Shown: one piece after another, positions 10,526 through 22,334 of the stretch | Layout of the letters: each line of letters starts with the position of its first letter | Position numbering within the stretch: the stretch's first letter is position 1 | Made by a program: the position numbers and the translations under genes | The notes under the pieces: model-generated | What the model saw: the letters and a program-made list of their open reading frames with translations, nothing else | Told to the model about the DNA's origin: nothing | Database searches by the model: none | Assembly (NCBI GenBank): GCA_035490435.1 | Contig: DATHEF010000004.1 | Span: 216,044-280,043, forward strand | Direction of reading: 5' to 3' | DNA length: 64,000 nt | Source of the DNA: Thermoanaerobaculia bacterium | GTDB lineage: Bacteria > Acidobacteriota > Thermoanaerobaculia > Multivoradales > UBA5704

Positions 10526-11956
10526 ATGTTTCCGACGACCACCATGCCCATGCCCGGCGCCTTGCGACTGAGGGCCCTGCACCCCCTGATCGAGGGGGAC
10601 GGCTCCTGCAGCCTGATCTACGACCTGGAGCGCGCGGCGGTGGTGGAGGTGCCCGAGGACCTGCAGTTCCACGTCGCCCCGGCGCTGGAGACCGGGGATC
10701 TCGACGAGGCGCTGCTCGGCTGGCTCGTCAACGAGGACCTGCTGACCAGCGAGGGGGGCGCGGGCTGGAGCGTGACCGCCGGTGCCGTCCAGCTCCCCGA
10801 GGGGGGGTGGTGGAGCCTGGGGGCGATCTACCGGATCGACGACGAGCTCCACGTCCGCATCGACCAGGCGCGCGAGGACGCCGCGCTGGAGGTGGTGGGG
10901 TTCGTGTTCAAGCAGGGCTTCGGCGCCAGCCGGGTCAAGCTGCACCTGAACTGGGGGGGCGCCTTCCCGGGGACGGCGCTGCTCGAGCGCATCGTCGTCG
11001 AGTCCTCCCGCCTGGCCGCGCTGCTGGGGCAGGAGATCGCCTTCGAGCTGACGCTCGCCGCCCGCGAGGTGACCCCCGTCCGCGCGGCATTCCTCGCCGG
11101 CTACGGTTTCCAGGTGCGGCTGCTCTGCGGCAGCTACCCGGCTCCCTACGCCGGCTTCTACGCCGATCTCCGCGACCGGGATGGGGACAATAATGGCGGG
11201 ACGTGGGAGGCGGAGGCGCCGGTGCGCCTGCTGCACGAGGCCCTGAAGGGGCGGCTGACCGTCCACTGCGTGCTCGACCGCGGCCGTCTCCTCGACCTCT
11301 GGGAATGGGCCAAGCGGACCGGCCTCCGCCACCTGGACGCGACGGTGCTCGAGGACGCCGCGTTCGGCGACGGCGCGCCGCGCCCCGGCCGCCTGCGCGA
11401 GGTCCGCAACGACCTGCTGTCGGTCTGCGACGAGATGGCCGACGAGCTCGGCGGCCAGCGCCTGCCGGTCGAGTTCAAGCCGCTGACCCGGATCGTCGAC
11501 CGCCTGATGCGTAGCGAGCCGCTCGGCCAGGCCTACGGCGAGCGCGGCAGCTTCGCCAGCAGTTTCGCCGGGATGATGATGCCGATGGCCGACGCCTGCC
11601 CGCGCTCCTTCTTCGACAGCCTCGACCTGCGCTCGCTGCCGGACCTCCCGGACGGGCTGGGGGAGGAGCCGCGGGGGGATCTGGAGATGGAGACCTCCTG
11701 TCTCGGGTGCTGGGCCCGGCACGCGTGCGGTCACAGCACCTACGTGACCTCCCCCCAGGACGACGACGCGCGGGGAGCCGCGGAGGACCGCTGCCCGCTC
11801 TGGCGGACCGAGGTCGAGGTGGCGCTCCGCTTCTACCACCGCCTCGCCCACATGGACCCCATCCAGGTCCGCCAGTTCTTCGATCAATCCCTCCGCGAGC
11901 CGGCCCCGCCGCTCGGCCGCCGCGAGGACCTCGGACACCTGAGGATGCCGTTCTGA
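10526..11956 (+). CDS. hypothetical protein with C-terminal CxxCx5C...C cysteine cluster (SPASM/twitch-like), lacking a radical-SAM CxxxCxxC motif
   Basis: Strong RBS ggaggagga; C-terminal SCLGCWARHACGHSTY...EDRCPLW; no CxxxCxxC anywhere in the N-terminal half. Composition is protein-like, whereas the overlapping ORF-track calls are R/A/G-rich. Confidence 0.65.
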   Translation: MFPTTTMPMPGALRLRALHPLIEGDGSCSLIYDLERAAVVEVPEDLQFHVAPALETGDLDEALLGWLVNEDLLTSEGGAGWSVTAGAVQLPEGGWWSLGAIYRIDDELHVRIDQAREDAALEVVGFVFKQGFGASRVKLHLNWGGAFPGTALLERIVVESSRLAALLGQEIAFELTLAAREVTPVRAAFLAGYGFQVRLLCGSYPAPYAGFYADLRDRDGDNNGGTWEAEAPVRLLHEALKGRLTVHCVLDRGRLLDLWEWAKRTGLRHLDATVLEDAAFGDGAPRPGRLREVRNDLLSVCDEMADELGGQRLPVEFKPLTRIVDRLMRSEPLGQAYGERGSFASSFAGMMMPMADACPRSFFDSLDLRSLPDLPDGLGEEPRGDLEMETSCLGCWARHACGHSTYVTSPQDDDARGAAEDRCPLWRTEVEVALRFYHRLAHMDPIQVRQFFDQSLREPAPPLGRREDLGHLRMPF

Positions 11957-12054
11957 GCCCCGCTCCGGCATCTCTCGCCCCATCTCCCCTCGGGTAGAGG
12001 CGTCCCCCTCCGGGTCGCCTCTGCCCACCCTTTTCTGATTTACTCCGGTCCATC

Positions 12055-12654
12055 GTGCCGTCTAACGCCTGGCTCCGTTTCCGCTATTCGTTCTGGGCTC
12101 CCCACTACGACCGGGTGACCAAGTTCCCGGATGAGCGGCGGCGCTCGATCGAGCTGCTCGACCTGCGCCCGGGGGAGCGGCTGGTGGTGATCGGCTGCGG
12201 CACCGGCGCCGACCTCCCGTTGATCCCTTTGGGGATCGAGGTGCTGGCGGTGGATCTCACTCCGGCGATGATCCGCCAGGCGATGGCTCACGCGCGGCCC
12301 GGGATCGAGTTCCGGGTGATGGACGGCATGGCGCTCGACCTGCCGGACGGCTCGTTCGACGCGGCGATCCTCCACATGGTGCTGGAGGTGATCCCGGATC
12401 CGGCCCGCTGTCTCGCCGAGGCCGCGCGGGTGCTCCGCGTGGGGGGGCGGCTGGCCGTCTTCGACAAGTTCCTCCCCGAGGGGGAGCGCCCCGGCCCGCT
12501 CCGCCGCGCCGGGCTCGCCCTGCTCGACTTCGTCTTCACCAGCACCAACCGGCGGATGGGGGAGATCCTCGCCCGCTCCGGGGCCCCCTTCGCGGTCGAG
12601 CGCGACGACCCTTCCGTCGGCTCCTACCGCCACCTGATCCTGCGCCGCGTGTAG
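12055..12654 (+). CDS. class I SAM-dependent methyltransferase
   Basis: VVIGCGTGADL (motif I GxGxG); Methyltransf_11/25-like; GTG start inferred from the ORF track. Confidence 0.75.
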   Translation: MPSNAWLRFRYSFWAPHYDRVTKFPDERRRSIELLDLRPGERLVVIGCGTGADLPLIPLGIEVLAVDLTPAMIRQAMAHARPGIEFRVMDGMALDLPDGSFDAAILHMVLEVIPDPARCLAEAARVLRVGGRLAVFDKFLPEGERPGPLRRAGLALLDFVFTSTNRRMGEILARSGAPFAVERDDPSVGSYRHLILRRV

Positions 12655-12679
12655 GCGCTTCGCGTGTAGGATTACCCCC

Positions 12680-13066
12680 ATGGAAAACGACGCGCGGTTC
12701 CGGGGAGCGGGTGGGACGCCGGGGGGGCTGGGAGAGTTCCTGATCGGGCTCGCCATGGCCGCCGGCGGCGCCTACCTGCTGACCCAGCAGGTCACGGTGA
12801 CGAGCGGCTACTGGAACGTCTGGGGGCACAACGCCTTCGGCCTGACGCTGCTCCCCCTCCTCTTCGGCGTCGGCCTGCTGTTCTTCAACGGCCGCTCGGT
12901 GCTCGGCTGGCTGCTGCTGGTCGCCGGCGCGGCCATCCTCCTCGCCGGCATCCTGATGAACCTCCAGATCTACTTCCAGAGCACCAGCCTGTTCAACACC
13001 CTGATCATGCTGGTCCTGCTCTTCGGAGGCCTCGGGCTGATCGCCCGCTCGCTGCGATCGCATTGA
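12680..13066 (+). CDS. small integral membrane protein (128 aa, 3-4 TM)
   Basis: Hydrophobic segments LIGLAMAAGGAYLL, LTLLPLLFGVGLLFF, WLLLVAGAAILLAGILM, LIMLVLLFGGLGLI; 25 bp downstream of the methyltransferase gene. Confidence 0.55.
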   Translation: MENDARFRGAGGTPGGLGEFLIGLAMAAGGAYLLTQQVTVTSGYWNVWGHNAFGLTLLPLLFGVGLLFFNGRSVLGWLLLVAGAAILLAGILMNLQIYFQSTSLFNTLIMLVLLFGGLGLIARSLRSH

Positions 13067-13094
13067 TACCGGCCGGCTAGAGACTTGTGGCTTT

Positions 13095-14348
13095 TTAAAG
13101 CCGCCAGAGCAGCATGGCCCCGGCGGCCAGGATGAGGGAGGCCAGCGTCACCGGCAGACCCACCCGCAGGTGCTCGCGGAAGCCGAAGCGGACGCCGAGT
13201 CTCCCCGCCTGCTCGGCCACGATCAGGTTGGCGATGCTCCCCACCAGCACCGCGTTGCCGGCGAAGGTGCTGGCGAGCGCCATGGCGTAACCGGTCGCCG
13301 GCTGCCGCCCGACGAACGGCAGCAGCAGCATGACGGCCGGCACGTTGCCCACCCCCAGCGACAGCAGCGACACCGCCACCACCAGCGCCGCCGGATGCGC
13401 GAGGTCGGCGCCCGCCGCGGCGAGGGCGCCGCGGGCGGCCTCCGTCCAGCCCGAGACCTCGAAACCGCGCCCGACCACGAACAGGCCGACGAAGAGGGCG
13501 AGGAGATGCCAGTCCACCTGGGCCAGCATGTCGCGTGTCCGCATCCGCCGGCTGGTCAGCACGAAGCCGGCGATCCCGAGGGCGGTCAGCGGCGCCGGGA
13601 CAGGGGAGAGGAAGAGGGCGATGGCCGCCGCGGTCAGCAGGATCGCCTTGGCCGCCTGCCAGCGGTGGAGCGGGATGCGCTCTGTTTCGGCAGCGGCTTC
13701 GGCGGCGGCGAGGTCGCCGGGGACGGCTTTGACAATCCTGCCCTCCGGAGCCCGGAGCCGCGGCGCTACGATCAGGTAGAGCACGCCGAGCGAGAGGACG
13801 ACCGGCGCGGCGCAGGCCAGCATGAAGGGGAGGAAGGGGAGGTGGAGGCTCTGCGCGATCAGGATGTTCTGCGGGTTGCCGATCGGGGTCAGGGCGCTGC
13901 CGAGGTTGGCGGCGCAGGCGAGGGCCAGCAGGTAGGGTAGGGGAGGGCGGCGCGAGGCGAGCAGGGCGCCGGCGAGCAGCGGGGTCAGCGCGAAGCAGAT
14001 CACGTCGTTGGTGAGCACGGCCGCGAGCAGGGCGGTGACCACGATCGTCCCCAGCAGCAGCCGGCGCGGGTCCGCCACCTGGGCGAGCCGGCCGCCGATC
14101 GCTGAATAGAGCCCCGATTGCCGGTACTGGGCCGAGAGCAGCATCATGCCGAAGAGCACGGCGAGAGTCGGCGCGTCCACCGCCTGCTTGGCCTGCTCGA
14201 CGGTGATCGCGCCGGTGGCGAGGAAGGCCACGGCCCCCAGCAGGGCGAACCCCGTGCGGTCGAGCGCCAGCCCCGGCACGCGTCCGAGGGCGAGCCCGGC
14301 GTAGGTGAGGACGAACAGGACCAGTGGGAGCAGCGGGGGGTGGCCCAT
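13095..14348 (-). CDS. ArsB/NhaD-superfamily anion permease (CitMHS/SLC13-like)
   Basis: 417 aa, about 10-12 TM, duplicated halves, typical ...GNPQNILIAQS... motif. Confidence 0.75.
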   Translation of the reverse strand: MGHPPLLPLVLFVLTYAGLALGRVPGLALDRTGFALLGAVAFLATGAITVEQAKQAVDAPTLAVLFGMMLLSAQYRQSGLYSAIGGRLAQVADPRRLLLGTIVVTALLAAVLTNDVICFALTPLLAGALLASRRPPLPYLLALACAANLGSALTPIGNPQNILIAQSLHLPFLPFMLACAAPVVLSLGVLYLIVAPRLRAPEGRIVKAVPGDLAAAEAAAETERIPLHRWQAAKAILLTAAAIALFLSPVPAPLTALGIAGFVLTSRRMRTRDMLAQVDWHLLALFVGLFVVGRGFEVSGWTEAARGALAAAGADLAHPAALVVAVSLLSLGVGNVPAVMLLLPFVGRQPATGYAMALASTFAGNAVLVGSIANLIVAEQAGRLGVRFGFREHLRVGLPVTLASLILAAGAMLLWRL

Positions 14349-14437
14349 GCGGCCGGGATCATCTCATGAGATGATGAATCGTTGCCGGCGGGCGCCGGTT
14401 CGACGAAGCCGTCACAACAAGGATCTCGGGACGTACC

Positions 14438-15295
14438 ATGCTTCGCTTTGTTGTAGCTTTGCAGGCTGAGGCCCACCCGCTGGTGGGCCGGTTCGGAATG
14501 GCGGCCGTGAGCGAGGCGCCGTTCCCGGTCTATCGGAGCGAGGAGGCCTGGCTGATCGTCTCCGGTCACGGCAAGGCGGCGTCGGCCGCGGCCACCGCCT
14601 ATCTTCACCTGATGGCCGGCGGCGCCCTGGGCCGCGCCTGGCTCAACGTCGGCCTCGGCGGCCACAGCCAGCGGAAGCTCGGCGAGGGGGTGCTGGCGCA
14701 CAAGATCTCCGACGCGGCGAGCGGCGCCTCCTGGTACCCCCAACTGGTCATCGACAGCCCGGGCCCGACCGTCCCCGTCCTCTCCGTCGAGCGGGTGGAG
14801 GAGGAGTACGCGCCCCCCTGGGTCTACGAGTCCGAGGCGGCCGGCTTCTTCCCCACCGCCTGCCGGTTCTCGGTCGCCGAGCTGGTGCACGTCTACAAGG
14901 TGATCTCCGACAATCCGGACGCCACCCTCTCGCGGCGCATGTCGAGCCGGGCCGTCGAGGCGGCGATCGCCAGCAACCTGGACCGGATCGAGGCCTTCGC
15001 CCGCGGTCTCACGGATCTCGCGCGGGAATTGGAGGCGCTGGCCGCCGAGCCGCCGGGATACCCCGAGGCCCTGGAGCGCTGGTCCTTCACCGCCGCGCAG
15101 CAGCTCCGGCTGCGGCGGCTGCTGCGGCGGCTGGCGGCGCTCGATCCCGCGAGCTCGCGCGATCCGGCCTACCTGGAATCCCTGTTCGACGGCGCCCGCG
15201 CCGAGCGGGAGGTGCTGCGCTCGCTGGAAGCGCGGCTCGCCGTCATCCCCATCCGACTGCCCCCGCCAGGAGCCGCCGCCGATGATCTACGTTGA
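14438..15295 (+). CDS. purine nucleoside phosphorylase / MTA-SAH nucleosidase family protein (PNP_UDP_1-like) with C-terminal helical extension
   Basis: N-terminus MLRFVVALQAEAHPL...WLIVSGHGKAASAAATAYL matches the phosphorylase-I fold signature. The 3' end overlaps the next gene by 14 nt. Confidence 0.6.
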   Translation: MLRFVVALQAEAHPLVGRFGMAAVSEAPFPVYRSEEAWLIVSGHGKAASAAATAYLHLMAGGALGRAWLNVGLGGHSQRKLGEGVLAHKISDAASGASWYPQLVIDSPGPTVPVLSVERVEEEYAPPWVYESEAAGFFPTACRFSVAELVHVYKVISDNPDATLSRRMSSRAVEAAIASNLDRIEAFARGLTDLARELEALAAEPPGYPEALERWSFTAAQQLRLRRLLRRLAALDPASSRDPAYLESLFDGARAEREVLRSLEARLAVIPIRLPPPGAAADDLR

Positions 15296-16322
15296 GGAAG
15301 AGATCCTGGCGCATCCGCGCACGCTGCAGATCCAGAGCCGCTTCCCGGACGCCGAGGTCGTCCCCTGCTCGCGGTACAGCGAGATCTTCAACCGGCGGGC
15401 TCAGCACTTCCGGCTGCAGAAGCGCCGGCCGTCGCTGATCCTGGCGCGCAAGCACCGCAGCTTCGTGCAGGAGGCGCCGGCGGGGTTCGGCGTCAAGGGA
15501 GCGCGGAGCTTCACCTTCTCCCACATGCACAACTGCATCTACGACTGCCGGTACTGCTTCCTCCAGGGGATGTACCGGTCGGCCCACTACGTCGTCTTCA
15601 TCAACTACGAGGACTACCAGTGGGCGATCGAGGAGCGGCTGCGGTCGCTCCCCAACGGCTCTGCCTGGTTCTTCTCCGGTTACGACTGCGACAGCCTGGC
15701 GCTCGAGCCGGTGACCCGCTTCGCGGCGAGCTTCGTGCCCTTTTTCGCCCGCTTCCCGGCCGCGTTCCTCGAGCTGCGCACCAAGAGCACGCAGATCAAG
15801 TCGCTGCTCGACATGGAGGCGCCGCCGAACGTGATCGTGGCGTTCAGCTTCACGCCCGCGGAGGTGGCTGCGTCGGTGGAGCACCTGACCCCCTCGGTCG
15901 ACCGCCGTATCCGGGCAATGAAGAAGCTCCAGGAGCGCGGCTGGCGGCTGGGTCTCCGCTTCGACCCGCTGATCTACGACGAGGGCTTTCGCGAGCAGTA
16001 CCGGCGCCTGTACGAGCAGGTCTTTGGCGCCGTTCGCGTCGAGAGCCTCCACTCGGTGAGCCTCGGCCCGTTCCACCTGCCGGGGGGGCTGTTCAGGAAC
16101 ATGGCGCGGCTCTACCCGGAGAGCCCGCTGTTCGCCGCTCCCCTCGACGAGACGGGCGGCCAGGTGGGCTACCGGCGGGACCTGGAGGAGGAGATGATGG
16201 GGTTCTGCCGTGAGGAGCTGCTGCGCCACATTCCGCCGGAGATCTTCTGCCCGGGGTTGAGCGCCCTGCCGGCGGCCCATGCCGCGGAGGCGGCTTCGCC
16301 GCTCGGCGAAGCCGCGATGTAG
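15282..16322 (+). CDS. radical SAM protein, spore photoproduct lyase (SplB) family
   Basis: CIYDCRYCFLQG (CxxxCxxC) at the canonical SPL position; MIYVEEEILAHPRT N-terminus and overall SplB-like layout. Confidence 0.75.
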   Translation: MIYVEEEILAHPRTLQIQSRFPDAEVVPCSRYSEIFNRRAQHFRLQKRRPSLILARKHRSFVQEAPAGFGVKGARSFTFSHMHNCIYDCRYCFLQGMYRSAHYVVFINYEDYQWAIEERLRSLPNGSAWFFSGYDCDSLALEPVTRFAASFVPFFARFPAAFLELRTKSTQIKSLLDMEAPPNVIVAFSFTPAEVAASVEHLTPSVDRRIRAMKKLQERGWRLGLRFDPLIYDEGFREQYRRLYEQVFGAVRVESLHSVSLGPFHLPGGLFRNMARLYPESPLFAAPLDETGGQVGYRRDLEEEMMGFCREELLRHIPPEIFCPGLSALPAAHAAEAASPLGEAAM

Positions 16323-16329
16323 CCGCTTT

Positions 16330-18261
<1,932 letters not shown>

Positions 18262-18449
18262 CTAGGGGATCTCCTCAAGAATTTGCGTGCATCATCTCAC
18301 GAGTGGCGAAAAGCCGTGCCGGGTACCCGCCGGTGAGAAGAGGATGAGGAGGCATTCTCCACCCCACGCGGCGGGCCCCGGCACGGGTACGTCATGCGGG
18401 CGTGAAGGTTGCGCTCGCACACCCTCCGAACGCCCCAGGCGGCATATTG

Positions 18450-19727
18450 TTAACGAATGTCGTAGCCGGTTAGTTCTACGTACCCGTGCCCTTGCACGGG
18501 CTTGCCGCGATGGGTCCCCGTGACCGCGACCGCCCCTTCCCAGTAGCGGAAAGAGACGTCGAGCTCCTGATCGGCGAGCAGCGGGCGGACGTCGAGGTCC
18601 AGGTCTTCGCCCGGGACGCGCAAGTGCCACCGTGCGGGGTACCCGGCGCCGCTTCGCGGGCTGCGCCACTCGCCGGAGCCCGCGATCTGGAAATCGGCGA
18701 GCGCGAGCGGCCGGGAGCCGCCGTCCGGTCCGACCGCGGTGCCGCTGCTCGCCGGATCGGCGGTGCCGTCCCGCCGGCGCAGCCGGTAGAGCATGAGGTC
18801 CGAGCCGTCCGCGAGCTGAAGGGAGAACCAGTCCCAGCCCACCTGATCCTTGCCGAGCGAGCTGGTGCTCCATTCACGGTCCATCCAGGAGGCGCCGGTC
18901 ACCGCGAAGGGCTCCCCGCCGATGCGCACCGTGCCCGCGGTCGGCATGCGGGTGAGGGAGTAGTAATAGGAGGCGTTGCCCGGCTCGGCGCTCTTGCGGC
19001 TCAAGCCCCGCTCCCCCTGGAGCACGGGAGGCTTCCCCGCCCGCAGGAGAAGATCGATCGCCACCTCCCCCTCCGCCGCGCGCAGACGCACGGGGAAGAC
19101 CGGAGCCCCTTCGGCCGTCCAGTCCTTCACCCAGACCCGGAAGGGCGTGCCCTGCGCGCCCGCGAGCCCGACGGCGTCCCGGCTCCAGCGCTCGAAGGAG
19201 TGGAACTTCTTCCCGTCGACGTCGCTCACCGTGAAGTGGGCGAGCCAAGCCTGCCGGGTGGCCCAGGCCGACGCCCGCGCGGGCATCTCCGGCGCCAGGG
19301 CCGAGCGGAAGAAGGTGAGCTGGAAGCCGAAGCGCCGTCCCTCGGCCGTCGCGAGGTTCCCCGTGTAGTACCACCACTCGGTGCGGAACTCAGGATGCGG
19401 CCCATGATCGGACGGAAAGTGGAACTCCCGCGGCGCCAGTGCCCTGGCGTACCCCCGGTCGTCGGCGCTGCGCAGGGCGCCGGCGACGGAGAGGGAGGCG
19501 CGGGGTTGGGAGGGCGGTTCTTGACAGGCGAAGAGGCAGAGGCTGGCGAGGAGGAGGATTGCTGATCGGGTCCGGAGCCGCCAAAGCCCGGGATTGAAAT
19601 CCCGGGCTACCCACGGTCGTCCTCCGGACTTCAAATATTTTTTGGGGAAGTCCCGGAAGGGACAGTCGTCGGTAGCCCGGGATTTCAATCCCGGGCTTTG
19701 AGGTCGCAACCCACCCACAGTCCACAT
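18450..19727 (-). CDS. CrtC/AttH-like lipocalin-fold protein (hydroxyneurosporene synthase family), probable lipoprotein; start uncertain
   Basis: FHFPSDHGPHPEFRTEWWYYTGNL hallmark; LLLASLCLFAC lipobox. The ORF-track Met at 19727 lies inside a MITE-like inverted-repeat element, so the true start is probably an internal or non-ATG codon. Confidence 0.7.
   Translation of the reverse strand: MWTVGGLRPQSPGLKSRATDDCPFRDFPKKYLKSGGRPWVARDFNPGLWRLRTRSAILLLASLCLFACQEPPSQPRASLSVAGALRSADDRGYARALAPREFHFPSDHGPHPEFRTEWWYYTGNLATAEGRRFGFQLTFFRSALAPEMPARASAWATRQAWLAHFTVSDVDGKKFHSFERWSRDAVGLAGAQGTPFRVWVKDWTAEGAPVFPVRLRAAEGEVAIDLLLRAGKPPVLQGERGLSRKSAEPGNASYYYSLTRMPTAGTVRIGGEPFAVTGASWMDREWSTSSLGKDQVGWDWFSLQLADGSDLMLYRLRRRDGTADPASSGTAVGPDGGSRPLALADFQIAGSGEWRSPRSGAGYPARWHLRVPGEDLDLDVRPLLADQELDVSFRYWEGAVAVTGTHRGKPVQGHGYVELTGYDIR
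19585..19697. mobile_element. MITE-like nested inverted-repeat element
   Basis: Terminal copies agcccgggattgaaatcccgggct and agcccgggatttcaatcccgggct, each itself a hairpin; inner inverted repeat tcctccggacttc / gaagtcccggaagggac around an AT-rich centre. Confidence 0.6.
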
Positions 19728-19730
19728 CCG

Positions 19731-22334
19731 CTACTCCTCCCGCAACGCCAGCGCCGGCGACGTCCGCGCCATCCTGTATGCCGGGTAGAGCCCGGCGAGC
19801 AGGGCGGCGGCGAGGGCCAGGAGCAGCGCCTGGAGGAGGACTCCGGGAGCGAGCTCCATGCGGATCGTCCAGCCGAAGGAGCGGCGGTTGATGACGTAGA
19901 TCATCACCGCCGCCAGGGTCATGCCGACCGGCAGGGAGAGCAGGCCGGCCGCGAGGCCCATCAGGCCGGTCTGCGAGGTCACGAGCTGCCAGACCTGCCC
20001 GGGGGTCATGCCGTTCGCCCGCAGCACGCCGAGCTCGCGGGCGCGCTCGAGCTGGAGCGCCATCAGCGACGAGAGCACGCCGATGAAGGCCACCAGCCCC
20101 GCCAGCAGGCGCAGGACCGAGGTGATCAGGAAGGTGCGGTCGAAGATCTCCAGCGAGATCTTCTTCAGCGAGCGGTTCGACTGGACCATCAGCGCCCGCT
20201 CGGAGCCGATCGCCGTCCGCAGCCGCTCGGCGACCCGGTCGGGGTCGGCCCCGGGCGCCAGATCCAGCGCGAAGCCGGTGAGGAACGGGTCGTTCCAGTT
20301 GCGCCGGTAGGTCGCTCCGCTCATCAGGACCACCCCCTGGTCCGAGGCGTAGTCGTAATAGACGCCCATCACCCGGAAATCGCGGTCCCCGCGCGCGGTC
20401 CGCAGGCGGATCGACGCACCGGTCCCCAGGCCGGTGCGCGAGGAGAAGGGCTCGGAGACGAGCACCGCGTCCCCGGTCTGAAACGCCGGCCAGGCTTCGG
20501 CGGGGCGCCCCTCCTTGAGCTCGAAGGTGCGGGCGAGCTTGCGCTCGCCGGCACCGATGGCGACGATGCGGACCGGCCCGGAAGGGGACGCCAGCTCGAC
20601 GCGGCGCAGGGTGTGCCCTCCCGCGATGCCCGGCAGCGCCAGCGCCCTTTGCGCCACGGCCGGATCGAGGTCGGCGCCGCTGAACCCCCCCGCCCGGCTG
20701 GGCACCGAGGCGTAGACGTCGGACTGCAGCGTCATCTCGAGCCAGCGCACCACCGTCTGCCGGAAGCTGTCGACCATCACCCCGATGCCGACCGTCACCG
20801 AGACCGCGATCACCAGGGCGGCGATGGCGACCGCCGTGCGCGAGAGGGAGGCGACGACCCCGCCGGCCGCCATCCGCCCGAGGACGCCGAGAGTGGCGCC
20901 CAGGGGCCGGCGGAGGAGCCGCATCAGCAGGACGGTGGCGACGGGGGAGAGCAGGGCGCACCCCAGGATCACGGCGAACAGCCCGACGAAGCTCACCGCG
21001 AGGTTGCGCGGCGCCAGCAGCCCGGCGCCGGCGGCGAGCAGGCCGATCCCCCAGGCGGTGACGCGCGGCAGCGAGCCGCGCAGCCGCGCCTCCAGCGTCG
21101 AGCGGAGGAGCGCCGCCCGCGGCGGTGCCTGGGTGGCCTCGATCGCTGGCACGAGCGCCGCCAGGAGCGTGGCCCCGATGCCGAGGAGGGCGCCGACGGC
21201 GAGCGTCGCGGGCGGGATCGCCAGCTCGCGCACGGAGACCACGAAGTAGAGGTCGTTGATCGTCTGCGTCACCAGCCGCACCAGCCCGCGCCCGAGGAGA
21301 ACCCCGGCGCCGAGGCCGGCGGCGGTGCCGAGCACGGCCACCGCCAGAGCCTCGCCCAGAACCAGCGTGAAGATCTCGCGCCGGGAGACCCCCAGCGCCC
21401 GCAGGGTGCCGATCCACTGCCGGCGCTGCACCACGGAAAAAGTCATCGTGTTGTAGATCAGGAAGGCGCCGCAGACCAGCGCCAGCATCGAGAGAGCGGT
21501 CAAGTTCAGCCGGAAGGCGCGCGTCATCTCCTCGGTGGTGCGCGTGCGCCCGGCTGCGGGTAGGATCTGGACGCCGGGCGGCAGCACCGCCCGCGCCCGG
21601 TCGAGCTGACGCCGGCCCGCGGCGCCTTCCTCCACGATGAGATCGATGCGGTCGATCCGCCCTACGCGCCCGAGCGTCTCCTGGGCGGAGGCGATGTCCA
21701 TCACCAGCAGATCGGCGATCGCCCGGCGGGTGTTCGCGTCTTCCGGGGCCAGCGTGCCGGCGAGCGTCAGCCGCCGCTTGATCCCCTGGGCGCGGATGGT
21801 GAACGGGTCTCCCAGGCGGAGCCCCAACTCGCGCGCCGTGCCCGCCGCCAGCACGCCGGCCCCCGGACGGGTGAGCAGCGGGCCGAGGTCGATGGCGGTC
21901 CCGCCCTGCCGCGAGCCGCCGGTGGCGCCGCCGAGATAGGAGCGGAAAGGGCCTTCCGAGAAGGGATCGACGCCGAGCAGGTGGAGCGTCCGGGCGGGGC
22001 GCACCGGCGCATTTGGGCGTCCTGGAGAAATTGGAGAGCTGGGGGGGACGCCCACCCAGCCCTCGACCACCGGCGCCGCCGCGTCGAGGCCGGCCTCCAA
22101 CTCCAGGCGACGGAAGGCGGCGTCGGGGATCCCTCCGGGGCCGCCGATCACTTGATGCGTGGCCTTGCCGGTGACCGCCTCCGTCGACAGCGTGAAGGCG
22201 CGGCTGGCGCTGGCGTTGGCGAGGCCGATCGACACCACCACCGCCACCCCGAGGGCGACGCCGAGCACCGCGAGGCCGAACTGCCAGGGGTGGCGCAGGA
22301 GGTAGCGCAGGCTGGAGCGCCAGAGGAGGCTCAT
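19731..22334 (-). CDS. ABC transporter permease, MacB/FtsX family with two FtsX domains (YbbP-like)
   Basis: 867 aa, two 4-TM FtsX modules each preceded by a large periplasmic domain; 4-bp overlap with the ATPase gene. Confidence 0.8.
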   Translation of the reverse strand: MSLLWRSSLRYLLRHPWQFGLAVLGVALGVAVVVSIGLANASASRAFTLSTEAVTGKATHQVIGGPGGIPDAAFRRLELEAGLDAAAPVVEGWVGVPPSSPISPGRPNAPVRPARTLHLLGVDPFSEGPFRSYLGGATGGSRQGGTAIDLGPLLTRPGAGVLAAGTARELGLRLGDPFTIRAQGIKRRLTLAGTLAPEDANTRRAIADLLVMDIASAQETLGRVGRIDRIDLIVEEGAAGRRQLDRARAVLPPGVQILPAAGRTRTTEEMTRAFRLNLTALSMLALVCGAFLIYNTMTFSVVQRRQWIGTLRALGVSRREIFTLVLGEALAVAVLGTAAGLGAGVLLGRGLVRLVTQTINDLYFVVSVRELAIPPATLAVGALLGIGATLLAALVPAIEATQAPPRAALLRSTLEARLRGSLPRVTAWGIGLLAAGAGLLAPRNLAVSFVGLFAVILGCALLSPVATVLLMRLLRRPLGATLGVLGRMAAGGVVASLSRTAVAIAALVIAVSVTVGIGVMVDSFRQTVVRWLEMTLQSDVYASVPSRAGGFSGADLDPAVAQRALALPGIAGGHTLRRVELASPSGPVRIVAIGAGERKLARTFELKEGRPAEAWPAFQTGDAVLVSEPFSSRTGLGTGASIRLRTARGDRDFRVMGVYYDYASDQGVVLMSGATYRRNWNDPFLTGFALDLAPGADPDRVAERLRTAIGSERALMVQSNRSLKKISLEIFDRTFLITSVLRLLAGLVAFIGVLSSLMALQLERARELGVLRANGMTPGQVWQLVTSQTGLMGLAAGLLSLPVGMTLAAVMIYVINRRSFGWTIRMELAPGVLLQALLLALAAALLAGLYPAYRMARTSPALALREE

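Noticed and set aside
19585-19610. tRNA-like T-arm (ccgggattgaaatcccgg)
   Set aside because: No acceptor, D or anticodon arms. The motif is duplicated in inverted orientation 90 bp away, which fits a MITE-like inverted repeat rather than a tRNA.
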